Assembly (NCBI RefSeq): GCF_006345805.1
Contig: NC_043002.1
Location: 16,988,001-17,052,000, forward strand
Source of the DNA: Octopus sinensis
Lineage: Eukaryota
Length of the DNA: 64,000 nt
Direction of reading: 5' to 3'
A program made the position numbers and the translations under genes. A model generated the notes under the pieces. That model searched no databases. It was not told the DNA's origin and saw nothing but the letters and a program-made list of their open reading frames with translations. The stretch's first letter is position 1; each line of letters starts with the position of its first letter. This document shows, in pieces, positions 53,765 to 64,000 of this stretch.

Positions 53765-53893
53765 GATATATATCTATATATATGTGTATGGATGTATAAT
53801 TATTATTATTAAAATCATAATTAAGTTTATCTAAAATATAGCGACCTGATATAATCGTTATTTTAAATAACGATCTTATCCTTATCTAAATAA

Positions 53894-53928
<35 letters not shown>

Positions 53929-55213
53929 ACACGAGTCTCTCATCATTTCAGTGAAAACTAATAGATGATTTCAATAAACATATATTATGTTCATAGGAAT
54001 CAACTGAATTTATATCATCAGGTTCCACAAAAAATAGCTTGTTATAAATCTGACATTTTCTTTCAAATAAATACTCATACATTCTCAAATACATGCACAC
54101 TAATTCGCATGCAAACATGCACACTTAAACACACACATATAAATATAGACATACACACTGTAGTATACATGAATATACATACATGCTCGCTCTAAATCAT
54201 ACACGTAAACATACCCACTTACACACACATACACGCACAAACAACGTTTCAGCGCATCCAAAGATCAAATGAATTCGATACTTTGATTCTTCAAAATTTG
54301 AAATGCTTTTATTCAAGAAAAAAATACTCTCACATGAAGATTTGTTTTCTGCAAAGTATTCTATATTTAGAACTCTGAAAATTCTATTTTGTCATGCATT
54401 CCTTGATTAGTTTATTTCATAGGAGGTCGTTTCAAAAGTAGATTTTTTTTCTCTTTTTTTTTTTACCAAAGGAATGGAAAGTGATATAATACTCATTCGA
54501 ATAATTTTACTGATAAAATTACAATGCACATATAAAACTTCTGAAATTACCACATACTTAACAAAAATTATTTTCGTCATTTTATCTATGGCGTAAATTA
54601 TTATTACTATTATTTACATTGTTGTTGTTGTTGTTATTGTTGTTGTTGTTGTTGTTGTTGTTGTTATTGTTGTTGTTGTTGTTGTTGTGTTTCTCTATAG
54701 GTTTAATTTGGAGCAATTGCTCGCAATTCTTAATCAAAAATGTCAAAGGACGACAAATTTTGGCGTCTAAACATGCAAACCAATGAGTTGAAATGTAATT
54801 GAAACAGATGCCTTTGTGATATAAAATTAATCTACTTATACAATATATAATAAAGATGAATAAGCAAGAATATATGTACTGGGAGAGTAATTTAAATAAG
54901 ACAAATAAGGTATACATAAATATATTTTGCAATTTACTTATCCTTGTGCTATCATAAATTTAACCATCATATTCATTAGCTAGTCTTGATAACATAGCAA
55001 GGGCCACAATAAACAGGCAATATTGGTGCTTTCAGATGCCCAATTCTTCTAAATTCTAAATTCTATACCGAGGTCATCATATTTGTTCAATTCCTAAAAG
55101 GGTTTTAGCGACGTGTTTTAGTCAGCTAGACCTGCAACATCCATCAGAAGATTTTTTATCAACATCATACTTGCAATAATAATCATTTGGTTAGCATAAT
55201 TTTCCTCGAGCCT

Positions 55214-55333
55214 TCTATGATAGGAATTGTTTCTGTTTTTAGATTCCACATTCGAGTTACCTTTATTTCCAGGTCTTTGTATTTTGAAAGTGTTTCCATT
55301 TCTTTTAGAGAAACGTTGTCATCTGCTGGTATC
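55214..55333 (-). mobile_element. Short R4/Dong RLE-domain fragment
   Basis: Matches 21305-21425 (IPADDNVSLKE...KYKDLEIKVTRMWNLKTETIP); (ATT)n flank on the right. Confidence 0.85.
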
Positions 55334-55334
55334 A

Positions 55335-55409
<75 letters not shown>

Positions 55410-55432
55410 TAGTAGTAGTAGTAGTAGTAGTA

Positions 55433-57350
55433 TTTACTTCTAATCAGCATGTTTGTTACATCCACTTGCTGAGACTCGCCCAGCGTCTTAGGACGAGTGA
55501 AAGATAAGAAGTGTTACAATATGACTGAAAGCTTTAAGAGGGGTCATGGCAGGGGCAGTAGCGAAATATCTTCATGTAATATAACATAGACATTTATATT
55601 GATAGGGTTTTTCTTAGGATGTGGGCAGTAATTGTCAGCACAATCTTTTAGTTTTTCTCTGGGACATGAGCTTCTCCTGGGATATTATGTAGATGTTTCT
55701 GACATCTACTTCTTATCATACAAAGGGCACCCACAATACGAGGAACAATCCTCGCTTTAATGTATCTCATCCTTTGTACTTCAAATTCCTGCCCTTAATA
55801 TTTGCGTAATTTGTCAAATTCCTTTACAGATATATTTTTATCAATGGGAACGCATACATCTATTACTCTATAAGTATATTATTCTTAGTCTTTAATGAGT
55901 GTCTCAGGTCGATTAGCCCGGATCGTTCTGCCGCATTGACTAGAAAATCCCAAAGATAGTGACATTTTTACCATCAACGACTAGCTCAAGATGATGTTCG
56001 TACCCGTAAAAAAGATTGTTCATTTTGTATTGTTTACATATTTTCCAATGTAAATACTGACCTACCCTTTCGCGGTGATTTTTGTATTAGTTTGGTTTCA
56101 GCACAGGACATCTCGGGACGAGATGGACTACTCTTTCGTCAACTTTATCGGAGTATCTGCATTTAGGGTCAGAACCGTTTTGCAGAACGTTAGCCTGGTA
56201 GCTTTGGTAAGCAAGCTTTGATCTTGTGCCGTTAATATGGAACTTTCAGTCCCTGCTTTCAGTCCTGAGCTTCTCAGCCACTGATGGATTTTGGCTTCGA
56301 TGTATATACTACCCACAAAATGTGTTTGGCTCTACAGCTGCTCCTCAATTTGTTTCTGCCCTTTCTTACTTGCAGATCAGTTTTGCTTCTTTGGTGGCAG
56401 TTTTCATTTTGTTCATCCATATCAGGGTTAAACCCGAGTTCCCTCGCGCGGTTTGCAAGCTTCCTTACCAATAGAATGTGACTTTTTTTTTACTGTTTCC
56501 GTGTTTGCACAAAAGTCGTAGCACCCAAACCTCTGTATTAGATATGTACTTGTTCATCACTATTGTGGAGGTCCTATAGCACTGTTCTACCATCAAGATT
56601 CCTCTTACTCGACTACTACTAGGAAGATACAGACGATCAACATTTCCTTTTGGGAGGTGCATATTCTTAGATGTTAGTAGTTTTCTTTTCTTCCTTTCTA
56701 GGCGTTGGAGTTCTATAAGCTTCCATTTAATGATGCTAAAACAATATAGGATCATTGGAAGTGTCAGGGTTTTAATGGATTCATTTTACTATGAATCTTA
56801 CTGTCCTGTAAGGCACCTTTCTTATTTTTTCATCATTGCAGCATGTTTATCCCCAGCTATTTATAGCTTTCTTGTGGGTTAAGCTCTTTGGTGGTTGTAT
56901 CGGTATCTAATTTAATGGAAGCTGTTGGCTTCAGCTTGCCTCTTGCAAAAGTTGCTTTAGCACTATTATCAAGTCCCAAATACGATCGGATGCCATTGCT
57001 GAACGCTTTAACAGTTGTTAACAGCCCTACTAGCTCCTCGCGATTTCTAGCAAACAGCTTCAGATCGTCCATAAAAAAAAACACATGATTTACTATACTA
57101 TTATACACTTTTAAACCATACCTGGTGTTACTCAGTTCCTTTGAGAGGAGTATCAATGCCATTCAAAAGGGTAACGGAATGAAGGAGTCACCTTGAAAGA
57201 TTCCTCGTTTCAAGTTGATGTTGTTAGATATAGTTTAGTAGACGTGTATTCCCATTGGCCATGCTTATTATTATCATCCATAAGTTCGGGGCTCAATGAA
57301 TTCAGTAACCGACTGTTCTCCTCCCAATATTTCAGGCTTTATACCTAAAA
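55433..57350 (-). mobile_element. Older 5'-truncated R4/Dong copy (RT C-half to 3' UTR)
   Basis: RGIFQGDS, MDDLKLFA, WLRSSGLKAGTESSILTAQDQSL, IDVCVPIDKNISVKEFDKLRKY, HILRKTLSI; many stops and frameshifts; microsatellites on both sides. Confidence 0.85.
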
Positions 57351-57459
57351 GATTCTTCTTCCTCTCCTTCTTCTTCTTCTTCTTCTTCTTCTTCTTCTTC
57401 TTCTTCTTCTTCGTCTTCTTCTTCTTCTTCTTCTTATTCTTCTTCTTATTATATTATTA

Positions 57460-57500
<41 letters not shown>

Positions 57501-57552
57501 TATTATTATTATATTATTATTATCATCATCATTATTATTATTATTATCATCA

Positions 57553-57599
<47 letters not shown>

Positions 57600-57600
57600 T
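57350..57600. repeat. Compound (TTC)n-(TTA)n-(TCA)n microsatellite separating two Dong copies
   Basis: Direct reading of the sequence. Confidence 0.95.
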
Positions 57601-60600
57601 TGAGATGTGGTCATTTTCAAACACTGGGGGTGGTTTGTGTTCCCACCAGTTTTTTTCATGGGGCAAATCCAGGTTTTTGCAGATTACCCAGTGAATATAT
57701 TGTGCAGCTCTATCACACCTGTTGAGATACTCTGTAGGCGCTAGAAGACTGCACTTGGAGACCGCATGATCAATAGTTTCATTTTCTTGCTTACATACAC
57801 GGCATGTTGGGCTACTGCCGATCTTTAATATGTTGGCCTGGTAGTTTCTTGTTGGTAGGCATTGATCTTGAGCTGCTATGATAAACCCCTCTGTTTCAGA
57901 TTTTAAGCCAGAAGCCATTAGCCATTGATGGGTCAGGGCTTTGTCAACATCTGCATTATTCGCTCTCTTTGGGTATTTGCCATAGAGAGGTTTTTCTTGC
58001 CATTTATCATTTAGAATATCTAAGGCCGCAGATTTAGCACGGGTTCCATGCGCTTAGCTTTTTCTGTGCCTGTTTCTTGTATATCTATCTCTAATTCCAA
58101 AATTTGTTGTATTCGGAATTCCCTTAGATATTCCTTTGCCTGTTTTGTTACTGAGTATGATGCTTTCTTGTTTTCATGTTTTGAGACAAGTTTTAACATC
58201 CAGTCCTCAGAGTTTTTCAGGTAGGTGTCTAGGCCAATTGTAGCAATCTTCATTGTTATTGACAGTTGTAAAAGTCCACGGCCTCCCTCTTTTTTTGGCA
58301 TATAAAGTCGTTCTGTATCTGCCTTAGGGTGGTGCATTCTATGCATTGTCAACAGTTTTCGTATTTTTCTGTCAAGATTACGTATTTCAGTAATTGACCA
58401 GTTAACGATATTGAAACTGTAAGTCACGACTGGTATGGCTAATGCATTGATCGCTTCGATCTTGTTTCTCGCATTCAGCTCTGTCTTGAGTATTGCTCTT
58501 TCTCTGCGATAACATTCTCTCCTGATCATATCCTTCATCTCTGAATGCCTTATTCCGTCTCCTTCAATTACCCCTAGATACTTATAGTTCTCTGCTGGGT
58601 CTAATTATTTTATGACATTCTGCTGGTCAAGGTTCACGTTAGATGTTTCTGTTGTTTTTCCTTTGATAAAGGTAGCTTTTGCACATTTATCGAGGCCAAA
58701 TTGCATTCTGATGTCATCACTGAGTTGTTTGACAATCGCTAGGAAGCCCTTGAGTTGTTGGTCATTTTTGCAAAGAGCTTTAAATCATCCATGTAAATGA
58801 GATGATTTATATTTTTATCATACATTTTATATCCGTACTGCGCGTCATTGGGCAGTTTTGAGAGAGGTATTAAGGCTAAACAGAGGAGGAGTGGTGATAG
58901 TGAGTCACCCTGGAAAATGCCACACGAAATTTTTACATCACCAGCATTTAGGGATTCATTGTCACTGTTCAGAGTTAGTGTGGTTCTCCATGATCTCATA
59001 CTTACAGACAAAAAGTTTCGCAGAGTAGGTGCTATCTTATACATTTCTAGGCATTTCTTAAACCAGCTATGTGGTAGGCTATCAAAAGCCTTTTTATAGT
59101 CTATCCAGGCTATTGATAAGTTTTTGTGTCGTTTGTGACGATCTTCTAAGATCATCTTATTGATGAGTAGTTGATCTTTACATACGTAGGATCCACGTTT
59201 AGATCATTTCCGTTCATTAGGCAATATGCTGCTGTCTGTCAAAAAACTATAGGTATATTCCGTCAGGACAGATGTTAATGTTTTATACATATTTGTTAAG
59301 CAGGTTATGGGTCTATAGGTTTTTGGTTCATGTGTTTCTTCACTTTTTGGAAGCAGGAATGTTTACCCATTAACTAGCCAAGGAGGCATCTTACTAGGGT
59401 GTTGCAAAACATCATTGTAAAGTTCTGTTAGCAGTTCATGGCTCTCTGGGAAGGCATTTGACCAGAAGTTAGGGATTTTATCCTTTCCAGGAGACTTCCA
59501 TTTGCTTGACCTCCTGAGAGCAGATCTTATATCTTCTACCTTGACACAGTCCCACTTTTGCTCTTCTAATGAGTCCACTTCTTCTTTTGATGGTACAGAC
59601 TTTACAGTAACTGGTGTTTTTCCTACCTTCCTGTAAACATTTTCTGATGTTTTCACCACATAGGATTGTTGAGATTTTCGCGGATGCATAGTATAGGTGG
59701 TTGAGATCTGTGATATCAATATCATTAGCTGAAATTACATCCTTAAGTGCAAGCCGGATTTTACCGATCATTTTCTTGTTTTGTTTAGAGTTGCAGATTT
59801 TAGGGAGTGTATCACGTTCATCCATACTGGTTTCTTTAATTTTCAGCCATTCAATCATGATTTGGCTTTTTAGCTCATGTAGTTCTGTCGGGTCAATATT
59901 TGTGTGACTTTCGTCATCTATTTGATGTTCATCTGTCTTAGTGTTTATGTTTGGTTCAGGGAATATTTCACTTTGCCTATCACTTATACAAACTCTTTCA
60001 ATCTTTACTTCGTTTTTATCAGCTCTGGGCTGGTCTATAATTATTTCCTCTGTATTATCTTCTTTAGCTGCAACTTCGCACATTCTATCCGTTACTGCGT
60101 GTCTAATTTGGTCAATCTCTACTTCAGTCAGTAATTTTTATTTTATAACGTGCAAGAACTTCTTTATTATCTTCACTAGTCCATTTTTCCCTCTTTTTCT
60201 TTTGAATGTTTGTTGACGAACATGGATGGCCATCTGTTGGAATATTCCAGTTGTGGGGTACGTCCAGCTCCTGTGTGTCGGGACAATTTGATCCAGTAGC
60301 TGATTTTTCAATCAGACTTTGGTTCAATTTTCGGGTACGTGGTCTTTTGTAATCCGCTCGATGACCTTCGCGGTTTGTAGTTTGTTTTGTTGACATTGAA
60401 GCTTGACGAGCTTCGACTCTTACATTAAGGGACGGATCTGTCTGTTTAGGATTCTCTGCACGTAAGCATTGTTCGTAGCGTAGTTTCTTAAGACTAGCAG
60501 ATCTGTATTCGTCTGTACTTTTTTTGTTGATAGATTTATCTCCGAGCATAGTTTTGCCTTTTTTTTTATTGAACTAATGCAAGGTTCACTCTGACTGTAT
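57600..60600 (-). mobile_element. R4/Dong copy of a second subfamily, retaining 5' end, RT and CCHC but lacking the RLE C-terminus
   Basis: REKWTSEDNKEVL (Myb-like), SPGKDKIPNFW, WIDYKKAFDSLPH, GIFQGDSLSP, YMDDLKLFA, CRVCK...HAVSKC; ends at ENDHIS into (AAT)n; frameshifts and an internal deletion near 59580. Confidence 0.9.
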
Positions 60601-60929
60601 TAGTTCGAAAAATGAGAATAAAAGACGAAAAAAAATTATCATCACCACTATCATCACCGTCATCATCATCATCAATGATATTGTTTTATGTGTAGTCACA
60701 GCAGTAGCTTATTATAATAATAATAATTATTATTATTATTATCATTATCCCCATCGCCACGGCAAAGAGGTCATGTTCTATAGGTCTATAAATAGATTCA
60801 GCAGATGGTGGAATGTTCAGCCAAAGAGACAAAGGACATTTTGACTCAGGAAAGGTGAAACATGTTTACTAGTATCTTCAAAAGCAATTCAGCTTGTTAT
60901 ATTTGTAATTAAGGTGGGGAGAGAAAGAA

Positions 60930-61034
<105 letters not shown>

Positions 61035-61539
61035 ACCCATAACACATATGTATACGTATATGTATATTCACACTCGCATATTTTCTGGTATTCACGTCGA
61101 TAATGTCTTAAATTTCTGAATTCAATTGTGTTGTTGCAATAAGTTTACGTGTTTACCTGTTTGAGTAGTATATTAAAGTTTTTAAGTATTCTTGAGATGT
61201 CCATGTGGAAAATACAATAGCATTTTTGCAATGGGAATAATGTTTACATTTTCGAATGCTCAGAAAAGAAAACAAGTTTTGGTTAGTGAAGTTCTAAGAT
61301 TTACTAGATATGCACAGGGAGAAATGATAGTGTTATTGGAATAGAAAGGAGGATGGTATTTACATTTTCGAATACTCGGGTAAAGAGGAAAGGATACGTT
61401 GTCGCATATTAGTTGTAGATATTAAATATTATTTTTGTATATTAAGCTGACCGTGTGTGTGTTCGATAGCTGTAGGTATGTAAGTTTCCTAACTTATTTT
61501 ATTCTGCGGGAGATTTAAAATATTTATAGGGTGTTGTAA

Positions 61540-61578
<39 letters not shown>

Positions 61579-61581
<3 letters not shown>

Positions 61582-62374
61582 TAGCTTTAATTTTATAGCG
61601 TGCTTTCACTTCACTGCCGAGCGCAGCTCTGTGTGCCTTGGGTATGTGTTGTGATTTGTTGTGATGCTCTGATGGTTATTGTATGGAAAGTGTTCTGCGT
61701 AGGATGTGTGCAGTGCCTAGTAGTGCAATTTTTTGTATGTTATATGTGTTTGTAAGTCCTGGTGTTTTTTGTTTATGTATTTGTCTGAATATTTTTTTTC
61801 ATGCCTAATGCACCTACTATGATAGGAATTGTTTCTGTTTTCAGATTCCACATTCTGGTTACCTCTATTTCTAGGTCTTTGTATTTTGAGAGTTTCTCCA
61901 TTTCTTTTAGAGACACGTTGTCATCTGCCGGTATCGATACATCAATTAGAAAGCATTTTTTTTCTTCATGATCTTTGACAACTATATCTGGTCTGTTGGC
62001 CTTAATTTCTCTATCTGTGTGTATCGGCATATCCCAGAGTATGGTTGCTTTCTCGTTTTCTGTGACCTTTTCTGGTGTATGCCTATACCATCTTTTTTCT
62101 GTTGTTATTCCATAATGTTGGCATAGCTTCCAATGTATGTAGGTTCCAACTTTGTCATGTCCGTGAATATATTCCTTCTTAGCCAGGACTGGGCAGCTAG
62201 AGATAATATGATTTATTGTTTCTTGTCCATCTCCACATATTCTGCAGTTACTTGTTATATTTCTTTTCATTACATGTTTTTGGTAATTTCTGGTGGGGAG
62301 GCTTTGGTCTTGTGCTGCAATTAAAAACCCCTCTGTTTCTGCTTTGAGTCCTGAGCTTCTCAACCATTGCTGGG
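61579..62374 (-). mobile_element. Young 5'-truncated R4/Dong copy (~800 bp) inserted in (AAT)n
   Basis: Nearly identical by eye to 21067-21860; CCHC and RLE (RPDIVVKD...FLIDVSIPADDNVSLKEMEKLSKYKDL); (ATT)n on both sides. Confidence 0.95.
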
Positions 62375-62467
<93 letters not shown>

Positions 62468-62468
<1 letters not shown>

Positions 62469-63045
62469 TATGTGTGACTTTTGCTTTATGTTTGTACAAG
62501 TTGGCTCCACGTCTCACCCAGGGACCTCAAGAGACAACAGGTTGGAAGTTCACGTTGTTGTTATGCCTAGAGTGCCATATATTTGGGGGGTTTTTTGGTG
62601 TTGTACTAGTGAATGTCTAATAAATAATTTTTTTTTTAATTGTTTGTTTCAAACATTGAGATTACATAGAGATTATTTTGCGTAGGATATGAGCAGTTCC
62701 CATGAGCATTATCTTTTGCATTTCTGCCATTTTTGGGTTTCCTGGTATCTGAGTTAGGTAGGAATCGGCCCCTTTCGCTATCATTCCCAGGGCACCCAGG
62801 GTATTGTTTTAGTCTTCAGGTTCCACATTTTGCTGATTTCTATTTCAAGGTCTTTATATTTGCTCAGTTTTTGGTAGGTCTTGACAGATACGTTTATATC
62901 GATTGGGACAGTCATATCAATGAGGAGGCATGTTCTTTGTTTGAAGTCTTTCAATATGATGTCTGGTCTCTTTGCATCTATCTTTCTGTCAGTTTAAATG
63001 GTGAAGTTCCAGAAGAGTGAGATGTGGTCCATTTCAAGCACAATG
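62468..63045 (-). mobile_element. 5'-truncated R4/Dong RLE and 3' UTR fragment (different subfamily)
   Basis: TDRKIDAKRPDIILKDFKQRTCLLIDMTVPIDINVSVKTYQKLSKYKDLEIEI; 3' end runs into (AAT)n 62375-62467. Confidence 0.85.
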
Positions 63046-63298
63046 AACACAAAAACGGCAGCCGCCTAGCGCAGGCGAAATTGTCTCAGAGTTGGACACA
63101 ACCTACTGAAATAATAATTGGCACGCAATAAATTATGCCCAACTCACAATAAACAAAATCACTTACCTCGACAACTTTCCGTTTTTGGTCTTTTTTCTTT
63201 AGTTGGACAGAGCTTGTTACTCACGTCCACTCTAGCTCAACAAGAAGCAACCGACTAACTGCGCATGTCTGGTTAGCAAGCTACTTACCACACAGCCA

Positions 63299-63329
<31 letters not shown>

Positions 63330-63349
63330 ATGCATATATATATATAAAA

Positions 63350-63696
63350 AGAGTGAAGGAGTAAATACGCTGTTCGGTCACGAATGGCCTTGGGATTGAC
63401 CCTAGAAGATTTCTCTCCTTGGCACAGGTCCCAGCAAGTGTGTTTGCAGAAGGTCAGAAGTCTCTCGTGTATACCAGATTCCCCTCTGCATACCACCGAT
63501 GTTATCCATGAGAAAGGTAAAGAACGATACCAGTGACTGGCACCAGTGACGTCGCAACGCATTTCTGCATATGAGCGAACGGGAGCAACGTGAAATAAAA
63601 TGTCTTGCACAAGAACAGAACTCATCGCCCCGTCCGCGAATGGAACTCACAACCTCCGAATCGTAAGCTTCATGCTCTAACCTTTGAGCCAAGCGC
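63350..63696 (-). mobile_element. tRNA-derived SINE of a third family
   Basis: Head ggcgcttggctcaaaggttagagc...gtgagttccattcgc (A and B boxes) followed by a non-tRNA body. Confidence 0.7.
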
Positions 63697-63736
63697 CTTT
63701 ACATCTCTCTCCTGCCCCCTCTCCCTCCCTCTTTCA

Positions 63737-63826
<90 letters not shown>

Positions 63827-63892
63827 ACACATATACATACATGTATATATATATATATGTATAAATATATACATATATATATATATATACAT

Positions 63893-63939
<47 letters not shown>

Positions 63940-63969
63940 GGTGTGTGCGTGTCTGTGTGTATTCATATG

Positions 63970-64000
<31 letters not shown>

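Noticed and set aside
60800-60855. ECSAK, resembling the small-GTPase G5 motif, in an exon-like segment
   Set aside because: Five-residue match with no other G motifs nearby; chance

Overview
AT-rich eukaryotic DNA dense in microsatellites ((TA)n, (CA)n, (AAT)n, (GA)n, (GATA)n). The SINE/LINE families look cephalopod, most likely Octopus (inference from repeat families, not verified). No host protein-coding gene can be called with confidence; most ORFs in the supplied track are microsatellite read-throughs or TE fragments. The interpretable content is mobile DNA: six copies or fragments of R4/Dong-type RLE retrotransposons, all on the minus strand and bordered by (AAT)n-type repeats (one nearly full length at 21.1-25.0 kb, five clustered in 55.2-63.0 kb); 3' ends of HERO, RTE and CR1 LINEs; Penelope-like fragments; degenerate mariner, Tc1 and piggyBac transposases; several MITEs and hairpins; and many tRNA-derived SINEs. 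The most interesting signals are four minimal type I hammerhead ribozyme motifs (one with all stems intact at 7974-8011, inside a ~165-nt retrozyme-like element), the apparently self-seeding Dong array, and an in-frame poly-Glu expansion in the Dong ORF. Weak traces of degenerate exons (lectin/WSC-like motifs) occur in the unique DNA but are near chance level.
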